From contig OX597815.1 of the NCBI GenBank assembly GCA_951406725.2, positions 149,048,001-149,112,000 on the forward strand: 64,000 nucleotides of DNA, read 5' to 3'. A model generated the notes under the pieces. It searched no databases, was not told where the DNA came from, and saw only the letters and a list, made by a program, of their open reading frames with translations. Made by a program: the position numbers and the translations under genes. Below are positions 1 through 12,484 of the stretch, one piece after another; the stretch's first letter is position 1; each line of letters opens with the position of its first letter. The stretch is from Octopus vulgaris (lineage: Eukaryota).

Positions 1-1950
1 TCTTATGGGTGCAAAGACCAATTGCTCATAAACAGAATGATTGTAGAGAATTGCCGGAGCAAAAACAAAAACCTGAGTATGGCATGGATAGACTACAGGA
101 AAGCGTATGACAGTGTCCCACATAAATGGATACTCAAGGCCCTTGAGATATACAAGATCTCTCCTGTCGTCTCAAAATTCTTAGAGAATAGCATGACCAT
201 GTGGAACACACGTCTCTTTTTAAGCCATAGTAATGGGATGAGCCAGTCCAACAGCATCAACATCAAACGAGGCATCTTTCAAGGTGACTCCCTCTCTCCA
301 TTACTTTTTTGCATGGCACTGATCCCACTCTCAAACGAATTGGATAGTACTAGATATGGGTACAAAGTTTTTAGTAAATTAATAAACCATCTTTTCTATA
401 TGGACGACCTAAAGCTGTTTGCCAGGAATGACCAAGAGCTAGAAGGGCTGCTAACAACTGTTAAAGAGTTTAGCAATGATATCGGAATGGATTTTGGCCT
501 TGATAAGTGTGCTAAAGCAACTTTTGTAAGAGGCAAGCTCAGGCAAACAGCTTCTGTTAAATTAGATATTGACACTACCATCAAGGAACTTGACCCACAG
601 GAAAGTTACAAATACCTAGGAATCAACGAAGGAGATGGTATACATGATGCTACTATGAAGGAAAAAATAAGAAAGGAATACTATAGGAGAATAAGGCTTG
701 TACTGAAGACTGAGCTCAACTCCAAAAATTGCATTGAGGCCATTAACACCCTGGCACTTCCAGTAGTCCAGTACAGTTTTAATATCATTAACTGGAACCT
801 TACGGAACTCCAACGCTTAGACAGGAAGACAAGAAAGTTACTGACATCCAGGAGCATGCACCACCCTAAGGCAGATGTAGACCGCTTGTACCTACCTAGA
901 AGCAGCGGGGGGAGAGGAATGATGCAATTAGAGCTGTGCTATAAGACCTCTACTGTAGGAATGAACAGGTACCTATCTAGTACAAAGGACTGGATGCTGC
1001 GACTTGTGCGCGAACACGAAAGCAACAAAAAGCTGCATTCTATTGTCAAGGAAGCTTATAAGTTCGAAAGGGAACTAGACATTAACCTTGAATCAGATGA
1101 AGAGCCGGAAACCACTGCTACCAAGCAAGCAAAGCGAATCAATCAGACTGCAAAAAAGAACGGGCAGAATCAAATTGAGAGGCGGTGGAGCCAGAAGCCC
1201 CTGCATGGACAATATATTCTCCGAAGCCAAAATGCTGATGTAGACCAAGCAACAACCCATCAGTGGCTGAAGAGCTCTGGATTGAAAGCAGAGACTGAAG
1301 GTTTCATAATGGCAGCACAAGATCAAAGCTTGTTTACCAGAAATTACCAGGCTAACGTTCTCCGAAACGGTACTGACCCTAAATGCAGATTCTGCGACAC
1401 ATTTGACGAAACGATAGACCATCTCGTTTCGGGATGGCCTGTGCTGACACCAAACGAATACAAAAATCGCCACGATAGGGTAGGACAGTATATACATTGG
1501 AAGATATGTAAACACTACAAATCCGACATTCCTGCTAACTGGTACGAACACCATCCTCAGCCAGTTGTTGAAGGTAAAGATGTCACCATCCTCTGGGATT
1601 TTCCAGTCAACACTGACAGAACGATCAAGGCTAATCGACCAGACATAATTGTTAAGGACAGGGAAGAAAATACCTGCAGACTAATAGAAGTAAGCGTCCC
1701 CACTGATAAAAATGTATCTGTCAAGGAATTTGACAAACTTAGTAAATACAAGGACCTGGAAATCGAAATACAGAGGATGTGGAATCTTAAAACAAAAACT
1801 GTTCCTGTTATTGTAGGTGCCCTAGGTATGATAAAAAAGGGATGTCAGAAACACCTAGACAATATCCCTGGAAAACCATGTCTCAAGGAAATCCAAAAGA
1901 TTGTGCTAACAAGTACTGCCCACATCCTTAGAAAAACCCTATCAATGTAA
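1..1950 (+). CDS. Partial (5' cut by window edge) reverse transcriptase + CCHC + restriction-like endonuclease ORF of an R4/Dong-type non-LTR retrotransposon (family A)
   Basis: Open from base 1 (SYGCKDQLLIN). RT motifs WIDYRKAYDSV, GIFQGDSLSPLLF, HLFYMDDLK, YKYLG. Then CRFC..H zinc knuckle, RHD, RPDIIV..LIEVSVP and K..KY..L RLE motifs. Stop at 1950. Confidence 0.93.
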   Translation, partial: SYGCKDQLLINRMIVENCRSKNKNLSMAWIDYRKAYDSVPHKWILKALEIYKISPVVSKFLENSMTMWNTRLFLSHSNGMSQSNSINIKRGIFQGDSLSPLLFCMALIPLSNELDSTRYGYKVFSKLINHLFYMDDLKLFARNDQELEGLLTTVKEFSNDIGMDFGLDKCAKATFVRGKLRQTASVKLDIDTTIKELDPQESYKYLGINEGDGIHDATMKEKIRKEYYRRIRLVLKTELNSKNCIEAINTLALPVVQYSFNIINWNLTELQRLDRKTRKLLTSRSMHHPKADVDRLYLPRSSGGRGMMQLELCYKTSTVGMNRYLSSTKDWMLRLVREHESNKKLHSIVKEAYKFERELDINLESDEEPETTATKQAKRINQTAKKNGQNQIERRWSQKPLHGQYILRSQNADVDQATTHQWLKSSGLKAETEGFIMAAQDQSLFTRNYQANVLRNGTDPKCRFCDTFDETIDHLVSGWPVLTPNEYKNRHDRVGQYIHWKICKHYKSDIPANWYEHHPQPVVEGKDVTILWDFPVNTDRTIKANRPDIIVKDREENTCRLIEVSVPTDKNVSVKEFDKLSKYKDLEIEIQRMWNLKTKTVPVIVGALGMIKKGCQKHLDNIPGKPCLKEIQKIVLTSTAHILRKTLSM

Positions 1951-2107
1951 ATGTCTGTGTTTGCATTACATGGAGATATATCTCTACTTCCCCTCCCCAA
2001 GCTTTCAGCTGTATTTCAACAACTCTTAACCTTCACTTGCCCTAGGGCGCTGGGTGTGCCCCGGCAGGTGATTGCATCAAACATGCAGATTAAAAGTAAA
2101 TGACAAT
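1..2107 (+). mobile_element. R4/Dong-type retrotransposon family A, 3' part including ~155 bp 3' UTR, ending at a (TAA)n tract
   Basis: ORF above, then a short UTR with a GC-rich hairpin, then (TAA)n. TAA targeting is the established behaviour of Dong elements. Confidence 0.88.
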
Positions 2108-2108
2108 G

Positions 2109-2178
<70 letters not shown>
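2108..2178 (+). repeat. (TAA)n microsatellite
   Basis: Directly visible. Confidence 0.98.
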
Positions 2179-2180
<2 letters not shown>

Positions 2181-2734
2181 GCCCTGATGCAGTACCAGGC
2201 AGTGGATCTCATGGCTTCTGATCTTAACTGATTGGAAGTCTTATCATGTACATTGTTTTGTCTTGGTATAAAAGATGGGCTACAGCAAATATTCTGCTCA
2301 ATACCACATATTTGCTTATCAGTTGTTTGACCATAACCAGTTGAGCATGTCCCTTAGTGGCTGACGATATGTGCATCTCTGATCACGAGCAGAAGTAGTG
2401 GGGGAGCATCATGGCCATGTGTTGAGAGGGATTCTTTGGAGTTTGAATGGTTCACCTCTGGAAACATAGGTGTTTCGTTCAACATCCTAAAGCAACCCTT
2501 ATTCAGGGACCGTTTGAGCAGGATGGGCTACTCAACCTGAAGAAAATTCTAACTGGGCCCCACCTGCAAGGTCATGTGCTGTTTATCTTGATATGAGATC
2601 ACCATGTCGCGCACATATGGTTGTGATGCATGTGCCTGGTGTACCTTTATCAGACGGGTAGTCATGATGGGTATATTGGGCTTCGTATATTTTACCCCAG
2701 TGTCACTTTGATGGCATGAACTGCTCTCTCACTC
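2181..2734. mobile_element. Candidate non-autonomous, non-coding element inserted in a (TAA)n tract
   Basis: 554 bp, GC-richer than its flanks, sharp boundaries with (TAA)n on both sides, no ORF in the track. Only one copy in this window. Confidence 0.55.
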
Positions 2735-2827
<93 letters not shown>

Positions 2828-2857
2828 AAGAAGAAAAAATAATAATAATAAAAATAA
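2735..2857 (+). repeat. Compound (TAA)n-(GAA)n-(TAA)n microsatellite
   Basis: Directly visible. Confidence 0.97.
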
Positions 2858-2899
2858 CAATGTAGCACGAACAATTATAAAATACATATGGCACTCCAT

Positions 2900-4475
2900 G
2901 AATAACTGGCATAAGAGCAGAATAGTTTTCTTAAATTAGATGGATATAATGATTAGTTATTCAACGATAAAGTTTAGCTGTCAAAGGAAAGAAAAGAGAA
3001 GTTTAAGCAGGCCATGTATTGAATACTTGAAAACTTTTGACAGCATTCCTCATACACAAATACTGGAAGCATTAGCTATGTGTAAGGAAGCACCACCTAT
3101 AATAGAATACTTAAAACATGCGATGTGTAAATGGCAAACAGCTCTTCAGGTACAGAGAAAACCGGGTATTATATGAAAGTCTAAAATAGCGTTAAATGTT
3201 TATATGAATGTGTGTGCCAAACGGGCAAAGAAAAAAATATCGCTTTTTTCGTTTGGGTAATTTTTATACTTATTTTCACTGTAAATATTTACAAAAGTTA
3301 TGTTAAATGTTAGTCTCTATCAAAATAATGTTTAAAATCCCCGATCGAAAAGTGCCGTAAAATATTCACTTTTCTTTGATGTTGATGGTTTCCATGTAAA
3401 ATCTTTAAAGCATCAATTAATATATATGTTGTTCTCTAATGAAGCAACTATTTATATCATCTGCTGTTTGAGGGTAAAATAGGAATCTTTCAAGATACTC
3501 ATTTTCTGCACTCCTTTTCCGTCTCGCTTTGGCTCCATTAACAGGCATCCTTAAAAGAACCGGATGTGGATAGAATGGCTGCTATGGTAACTCTTGACTT
3601 GGATAATTTCAAATTGTATGCTGTAAATGGTAAACAACTTGAAACAATGCTACAGACAATACAGCGGTTTATCAAAAGAGAATCAGCATGCGATTCTCCT
3701 TAAAAGAATATGCCTAAGCAACATTGAAGAGAGGGGAAACTAATTAGGAACGGCAGTATCACATTATGATAGATAAAGAAACTGAAAAATAATATATAAC
3801 TAGACTAAACTTTGACGAATCAGTCAAGTAGATAGTGATCAGCACACGCAAATGAAATAAAACACGGAAGAAATTTTAGAGACGAATTAGATTAATACCG
3901 AAAACAGAGTTAAAATGAGAAATGAGATAACTGACATCAACAATGTAGCTCTCCTAGTTGTGAGTTACAAATACAATGTAGTGATTGGACACCAAATGCA
4001 CAAAACTAGACAGAACGAAAAAAATGAATGTTTGCATTTAGAATGTAGTACCCATAATCTGACATACGAAAGTTTATGTATATAGCGAATCTAAGTTGGG
4101 AAAGAGCTAATGCAACTGAAAAACACTACCTATTACGCACGGTACAACTATAGAAATATCTGGTTTATACTAAAGGGAAACTGATACAAATAGCTAAATG
4201 TATGAGTAAAACAAAATCTACATCAAGAAGGCCGAAAAAATACTAAGCAAATGTCATAATATCTAACATCTAAGAACAGCTAAAAACGGCAAAAACTGTA
4301 ATGTAGCTAAAATCCAAGTCAAAACTAAATTACGAAATGACATGGTAGAACGATGATTAAAATGTTCATGAAGGACAAACAGGATGAGCAAAACAAAGAT
4401 AAAAAATGAACAGTTAAATTGCAAAACCGGTTGAGAAGCTTGTTACTCAATGTGGAGACTGTAGGCTAAAATAAT
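2900..4475 (+). pseudogene. Heavily degraded R4/Dong-type RT copy (closest to family B)
   Basis: ORF 2940-3176 LKTFDSIPHTQILEAL..KWQTAL matches family B KKAFDSIPHTWILETL..KWQTVL. Later remnants of KLYA.N.KQLET (~3610) and LRSSGLKAETEG (~4430). Many stops and an apparent insertion. Confidence 0.7.
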
Positions 4476-4659
4476 CAGCAACGTATTATATAACTGAGAA
4501 GCACACAGTATATTATTGTAGGCTGCTGATAGCAAGTGTGTAACTCATGCAACACTCCAGGGATTTCGGCAAAACTTGTTTTTAAAGAATAAAAATAACA
4601 ATCGTAAAGATAACTATAATAATAACGGCAAGAATAAATCTTTCTACTATAGGCAAAAA

Positions 4660-4865
4660 GCATCAAATTTGTGGGCAGGGGTCCAGTCAATTAGATAGAT
4701 CCGATTACGCAACTAGTACTTAATCTATCGACCCCAAAAGGAAGAAAGGCAACGAAGTCCTCGCTGGAATTTGAACTCAGAACGTAAAGACAAACGGTAT
4801 ACCACTAAGCATTTCACCCAGTGTGCTAATAATTCTGCTACGCTGCCGCCTTAATAATAATGATG

Positions 4866-4908
<43 letters not shown>

Positions 4909-4937
4909 CAACAGCAACAACAACAACAACAATGATG

Positions 4938-4987
<50 letters not shown>

Positions 4988-6165
4988 CGGATTAAGTCGA
5001 TTACATTGACCCCAGTGTGTTACTGGTACTTATTTAATCGACCCAGGAAGGATGAAACGCAAAGTCTACCACGCCGGAATTTGAACTCAGAACGCAGCGG
5101 TAGACGAAATACATATTGCTTTACTACCCACCAGGGGCTACACACAGAGAGGACAAACAAGGACAGACAAACGGATTAAGTCGATTATATCGACCCCAGT
5201 GCGTAACTGCTCCTTAATTTGTTGACCTCGAAAGGATGAAAGGCAAAGTCGACCTCGGCGGAATTTGAACTCAGAACGGTACGGCAGACGAAATACGGCT
5301 AAGAATATCGCCCGGCGTGCTAACGTTTCTGCCAACTCGCGCCTCAATAATGATGACAATAACAATATTAATGTCCAGTATTGTTTTTTTTTTTTCACGG
5401 GAATGCCTATGTTGGTGATATACTTTTATACCATAGACACAAGGGCTGAAATTTTGGTGGAGGGGGCCAGTCGATTAGATCGACCCCAGTACGCAACTGG
5501 TACTTAATTTATTGACCCCGGAAAGAATGAAAGGCCAGTTGACCTCGGCGGAATTTGAACTCAGAATATAAAGACAGGCGAAATACCTATTTCTTAATTG
5601 ACCACAAGGGGCTAAATATAGAGGGGTCAAACAAGTACAGACAAACGGATTAAGTCGATTACATCGACCCCAGTGTCTCACTGGTACTTAATTTATCGAC
5701 TCCGAAAGGATGAAAGGCAAATTTGACGTCAGCGTAATTTGAATTCAGAACGTAGCGGCAGATGAAATACCTATTTCTTTACTACTCACCAAGGGCCAAA
5801 CACAGAAGGGACAAACAAGGACAGACAAACGGATTGAGTTGATTATATCGACTCCAGTGCGCAACTGGTACTTATTTAATCGACCCCGAAAGGATGAAAG
5901 GCAAAGTGGACCTCGGGGGAATTTGAACTCACAACGTAACGACAGACGAAATACGGCTACGCATTTCGCCCGGCGTGCTAACGTTTCTGCCAGCTCGCTG
6001 CCTTATCTAGGTTGATGATATTAAGCGTTTCGCTGGTACATGTTTTACTGACTGCGAAAGGTTAAAATGCCAAAGCCGACCTTCGCGGAATTTGAAAACA
6101 TAAATTAATGAACCGAATGTACTAACAAAGCTCGATATACTAACAATTCAGCCAGTTCTATGCTT
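4660..6165 (-). mobile_element. Cluster of ~7 co-oriented tRNA-derived SINE units
   Basis: Repeated core tcgaccccgaaaggatgaaaggcaaagtcgacctcggcggaatttgaactcagaac. The reverse complement has A-box-like TGGCAGAAACGTTAG and B-box GAGTTCAAATTC. Confidence 0.88.
4852..4986 (+). repeat. (TAA)n/(CAA)n microsatellite
   Basis: Directly visible. Confidence 0.97.
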
Positions 6166-7499
6166 TAATAATAATGATGTTGTAACGACAATGATGATGA
6201 ATTTGATAATAATGATGGTTAATTAATTGACTACAAGGAATAAATTCATCATGGCCAAAATATGGATGAATCTTATATCAGGAGTAAACTCCGGCATAAA
6301 ATGGAACTCTCTGAAACAATTGCAAAAAAAAAAAATTCCCAGACGATAAAATATGAGAAAAAATTCATGAAATCAAAATTCGTAGCCAAATTCTTATATG
6401 CGCAGTTATTGCAATTATACTTATTAAACCTAACTGTCGCAACGCTTCCCTACATGATTCTCACAGCCATTAAGATGTTGCATTGTTAATGAAATGGGTC
6501 TCTTGTTTGACATTGTCGCCTACGTGACTTTTTTACTCGACCAGTGAACATGTGTGAAAATGAACGCGATCGATTACGGACACAAAATATTAAAGCTTAC
6601 TTTGAACAAGCACTGTTGAGTAGTGGTCAAGGCTATCTAAATATCTATCAGCGATCCATCGAGTTGGAATTGACAATTATCTTGTTAGATATGAGGTGGA
6701 TGATCCTGTTGGTTGTCATCAAGTTGTGGGAAGCTTCGGTCACATTAACTATAATGAGAAACGTGTTTGTTACCATTTTATTTCATTGACTTCACTGGCT
6801 AAATTCACCTACAATTCCTCAATCACCCACCCATATTTACTCTATTTGTGCTGACTGTTGCACTAGTTTTGCACAGTATATTACTGAATGGCATACGTAT
6901 GAAATACTTGAGATATTCTCTACAAAGTATGAAGTTCGGATAAAGAATCACTGCTTGTCAATTACTGTGTTTCTGCTGAAATTCACATGGGTTATATTTG
7001 CACAGGATCTTCAAGGTAGAAATTAAATTCTATATTGTTCGCTTCACCGCTTTCGACCAACACCAAAGTGAAATACTCAAAATGCAAAGGAGAGCCACCA
7101 TCTATTCCGAGAGCACGCACCTACTCTGTTATAAAATGCATTGAATTTTATCTTATTACTTATAACCTTGTTTACGCAGATCCAGCAAATTATCTTAATA
7201 TTCTCGATACGAAGAACATACACTAGCTTTGAAATTGTTTTGGTATGTGCCTTAGAATTATCTGAGAGGTGTTATCGGTTTCAGTCATCGGAAGCAATGT
7301 CTCTACACCGGATGTCTGTGGATAGAAGCATCACAAGTTCATTCAGTCTAATATTTACTATCGTAAATATATTCATATATATATATATATAAAAGAATAT
7401 TTTGAAATTGAAAGCATGTTTTGTTTGATTTTAATTTTTACCGAGAAATCCTATCTAAAATATTGAGTCAACTACAACCTGCAGTGATTCCGGGTTCAG

Positions 7500-8450
7500 A
7501 TGAGAAGTTCAGTTGGTTCATGTCTCCATCTCATATTTACTTGATAATAAACAACCGTTCTTTACAAATTCCTCACGGTCGTGTTTCAAAATTTCCTTTG
7601 ATACATGTCACAAATGTCAGAGACCCTGAAAACTTGGTTATATTCTGGATACTCACCATCTCAAATAGGATTGTACTTATAAGAACAATTCCAGGAGTTT
7701 TCAAGCATTATCGTTTTGGCCAGAGATATATTTGCCTCGAAATTCCGAAATATAACGGGTAAATGTTTCAGAATTCAATGATCTATTGTAATACATAGGT
7801 ACACCACTACCGTACTAAATAGTTTTACCATTTCATTAAATTCTAGATCCTATAACAGTTCACATTTTTAGCTATTGTTTTTATATAGGGATCCTCGTGA
7901 TAGTTTCATTTAATATATTCCAGTATATGCCACATATAATACACGCCCCGCTACCTTATACATCGAGTATGGTTAACTGCTTCTATATATATATATAAAT
8001 AATGTGTATTTAGATACAGGATTATGTGTGTCAATCAATATTGACGGTATTATATTTCTTTATATTTTCCTGATATAATTTGAAGGAAATTCTAGAGGAG
8101 TTTCCGTAATATTTGCCTCACTAATTTCTCTTAACAAGGTAATCACAAATTAGCAGTGGTCTTACGAAAGCTTTTGCTATTATACAATGCTTTGAAACTT
8201 AAACGTTACCCAGTCAGCAGATGTGGATACCGATATCAGATGATATTTTATATTTGGATAGGCCTTCTTTCCAGAACGGTTATTTGCTGTGTGTATGAGG
8301 CGAGCTCTCTTCAAATATGCGCTTCATTAATCCAGATAATGGATGGACTAATGATACCTGTAAGCGAGCAATCACATCATCTTTGCAATCTAATTAGTCG
8401 TAGCGGTCCTTGCTTTATTCACAAGCAAGTTATACGTCTTATCAAAATAT
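7500..8450 (-). pseudogene. Possible very old Penelope-like RT relic
   Basis: Ordered weak minus-strand echoes of DKG..V (~8420), GLPK.HK (GLSKYKI, ~8260) and SLY.N (GSLYKN, ~7885). No continuous ORF. Confidence 0.3.
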
Positions 8451-8619
8451 ATATGACTCCTCTGCATACTAGCTACAGTCTGATATATTTGGTTTTCAAT
8501 CTGACGACGTATGAAACGTAATCACTTTACTTCACGATAATCGCTGATTAGACATCTGTATGATTTGATACACCACCATCTTCCAGTCTGATTTGTTAAA
8601 TCTCTGTAATATAATATTT

Positions 8620-9020
8620 TCTACTCAAGGCACAAAAGCCCGAAACTTTGAGGGAGAGAGTCATTCGATTATATCGACGACAATACGCATTTGGTATTTA
8701 ATATATCGACACCGAAACACGAAAGGCAAAATCGACTTCGGCGGAATTTGAACTCAGACCATAAAGACAGACGAATTACCGCTAAGCATTTCGCCCAGCG
8801 TGCTAACGTTTCTTATTTCTTTATTGCCCACAAGGGGCTAAACCTAGAGGGGACAAACAAGGATTAACAATAAGGGTAACTCGTACTTAACTTATTCACC
8901 TCGAAAGGATGAAAGGCAATGTCGACCTCGGCGGAATATGAACTCAGAACCTAAAAACAGACGAAATACCGCTAAGAATTTCGCCCGGCGTGCTAACGTT
9001 TCTGCCAGCTTGCCGCCTTA
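8620..9020 (-). mobile_element. Dimer of the tRNA-derived SINE
   Basis: Two tandem cores identical in type to 4660-6165, with the junction near 8812. Confidence 0.85.
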
Positions 9021-9954
9021 ATATCTGTAATACAATGCAATAAAAATACCCCCATGTGTATCCGCTGTAGCTTAGCATCCAATTGTACTTGAGATATCCA
9101 AATGCAGAGGTCCCTATCAAACACATCAGTGAAACATACGTAGGTTGAAAATTATTGAAATTTCTGGTATCATGAGTGTGTATGTGCGTGTGTGTTTGTT
9201 TATGTGTGTGTGTGTGTGTTTGTTTCTGTGAGTGTGTATATATTTTCATACACTACTTTTAGTGGAAAGTACACATTATAAACAGACATATTTTGCTTGG
9301 ATATGGTCGTGGATTAACTGTTACTGGTGCTTCTTATATTAGCGGGTAAGAAGCTGAGTATTTCAATGTACATGTAAACTATAATGGGCTTACAGATTTT
9401 GTAAATACGTTTGGCCTTTATCTTACAAGTAAAATATGTCCAGCGGGTTTCCATAGTTCCTGTCTACAAATTTCATTCACTAGAATTTGGTAACCTTTGG
9501 CCAAATTACTGCAAGGAATCTTTTCGACATTTGTCCATACTGCCTTTATTCTATTATCGATAACAAATTTTCTTATATGCTTTTTAGTTCTATTTGATTG
9601 GTGTATAATTATTGCGGCTTTTTTTCAACAAATTTTCTTCAACAATTTTATTCAACATGTAACAAAAACATTTTAAAATTATTATTCCGAAGCATATTCA
9701 CTATCTGTTTCCCATTTGCTTAGCAGACGGTCAGACCGTCATTTAAAGATGTTCTTTATGAATACATTTTCTTGAAAAAAAGCAGCAATAATTATACACA
9801 ACCCAATATTATTAATGAATAACATTATTCGCCGAAATTTGATAGATAATTAAGTCAGCTACTCTTTCTTTTCGTGTATATATCGACAACAGAGTCTGTA
9901 TATAACCGAAAGCTTGTATAAACATATTATAAAAATAATATAACATACATATAT

Positions 9955-10180
9955 CTTATTTATTTACATAAGGGGTCAAACATAGAGAGAACAAACCAGG
10001 ACAGACGAAGGGATTAAGTCGGTTACATCGACAACAGTGTGTAACTGGTACTTTATTTATCGACCCCGAAAGGATAAAAGGCAAAGTCAACCTCGGCAGA
10101 ATTTGAACTCTGAACGTAACGGCAGACAAAATGCCGCTAAGCATTTCGCCCGGTGCGATAACGTTTCTGACTGCTCGCCG
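9955..10180 (-). mobile_element. Single near-complete tRNA-derived SINE
   Basis: Tail, core and head homologous to the 5771-6003 unit. Confidence 0.85.
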
Positions 10181-10433
10181 TCTATATCTGTTCTTATACC
10201 TATACCTGTTTTTATGCTCACGCACACACGTACATGATTCTATTTCATTATACAAAAGAACGTGCAGCACAAAAGCTAGTTAATTTTCTAATCATATATC
10301 AACAGATATTTGAAAGGAGCTCTTAATGACATGGAGATGAATTCGTTACGTAATATCTATCAAACAAAACTCACAAGCACACACTCACACACACATATTT
10401 ACAGACAAACACACACACACATACATACATACA

Positions 10434-10482
<49 letters not shown>

Positions 10483-12484
10483 TTTGTATAATTACAAATC
10501 AGAATAATAATAATATAATTATATTCCGCTACAAATAACAATATATTAGCACGAATAAAATTCTTATCACAATTCATGCTAAACGATTTTTTCTCATTTT
10601 GCAACCCAATCTGATGCTAATTTTCCTTTCATATCTACAATTTTATATCTACCTCTCTCTATTTTTCCCTGCGTATCTCTTTGTTTTTTATTTTATCTTC
10701 CTATATATCTCCTTCCTCCTAACATGATATATGTATATATATAATTAAGCAGATTATATGATTTGCTTCGTTACCTAGTGCTAATATATGAATACAAAAT
10801 ATAATTACATTTGGAAATATTTAAAAAGGCATAAATGAAATAATGGATAAGAGGAATATCATTCGTTTTAATATAGTGTACTCAATAATATTCCAACATC
10901 AGATATGCAATGCCGAATTTATGATACAAGTCATTATTTATATTATGAGCACATAGATGAATAATTTGAAATATATTATTGCATTTATAGACTCCTTTAT
11001 ACTTTCTAAGTGTTGTAATAGTTCCTCTTAGGAAGATTCGTGATAAGAAGGACGTGTGCTCACACACACACACACGTGTTTTATATTTTAATCATTTGCT
11101 GTATGTTTTTCTTAACATAGCCGCTGGATTGTGCCCGTGCTGATAAACGGCCTTGAAAAATTATAATGGGACGAGACGACACGAATGCCAGCTTTGTTTC
11201 TTAATGTGACACTTATTGATTCTATTCTTTCCTTGAACAGATAAGCTGCGGGGTCGAAGCGAATTTGTTAATGGGTTGTAGGAGGTAAGCGTTAAGTGAA
11301 AGACACACACATGCGTTTATATTCCACGGGCTTCCACACAGTTTCTATGTATCAAATCTCTCCACTGCACACTGGTTTGCTCAAGGTGTTACGCAGATTG
11401 TCTTAAATCGAATGGAAATGGCTGCAAAACAAGCTTCTCAATCACAGAGGTATACCCGTTCCTTATAAACCGATACGTATATATGATGTCTGCAACTGAA
11501 TGTCGAGTAATAACATATTTCGATTGTTGCCTCAAGAAGAAGCAGCATGGATGTGGTTTTCACTTTTTCATTAGAACCACCCACTTTTGCATTGCCCTTA
11601 AACAGCGAGGACTCTTTCAGCAGGTGTTCAGTGAGCTTACCGTGTCAACTGCCACATACTTTTTCTCTATCATGAAATGTTTCGACTCCAAGAGCCCAAA
11701 CGATGCATCACACGCATAAAGTTATTGAAAATCTTGCAGAAGTCACCCATACTTTCTAAACAATGTACGAATTTGCTCAAAATAAAGAACTACTTTACCT
11801 CTTTACATCCAAAATTAGTAGCAGGTGTTACACGGAGTTTTCCTTTTATTAATGCAAATTATTTGAAACTAATGCATAATGCATACATAAATTCGTAAAA
11901 ATCGATCAGATGTACGCAAATGCCAATGCACGATATTGCATGTAAACATGGATATAACATCGTTATTTTGCATATATGTTAGATATATAAACTAATAAAG
12001 TAGTGACAAGATAGCCATATTGTTCTTTCATGACGTGAAATTAGTGATGTACTCGAATGTCTATTAGAATAACAAGGTAAATTTGAAATGACATTTTCCA
12101 TTTACACACTTCTCCACCACTTCTCCACCGTGGACATATAAAGTCTTACACACACGCGCGCGCATACACATAGTATTGAAAACTGTGGAAGATGTGCGAT
12201 CCCAAATCTTATCTACTCTGAGTCTCTCCTTAGAGAGTAAAGAAAAATGCTCGTAAAAAAAAAATGCTCGTTTCTAGTACAGGGGTACTCTCGCCGATTA
12301 TCGATTTTGTATACAATACCTATATTATGTCAATATACATTATCAAAAATGTTTGTCTCCTTCCTATCTACTGATCGGTCGAGTTGCCAATCTTATTATT
12401 GATGTGTGCATAAGACATCTGACGTATATATTTTGGGGTTTTATTTTAGTTTTACAATTCATTGAATATCTCAAGTTTCAAAGG

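Noticed and set aside
93-1751. Antisense ORFs over the retrotransposon genes (also at 32866-34909 and 45043-46986)
   Set aside because: Shadow frames of the real coding strand.
2360-2400. CTGACGA hammerhead-like motif in the 554-bp element
   Set aside because: No convincing stem II followed by GAAA.
4660-6165. Repeat cluster superficially like a CRISPR array or tRNA genes
   Set aside because: The units are long SINE bodies without unique spacers, no cas genes are present, and the A/B boxes are not in a complete cloverleaf.
6544-6789. 81-aa ORF after a cag
   Set aside because: No recognisable homology or clear donor site, and the length is compatible with chance.
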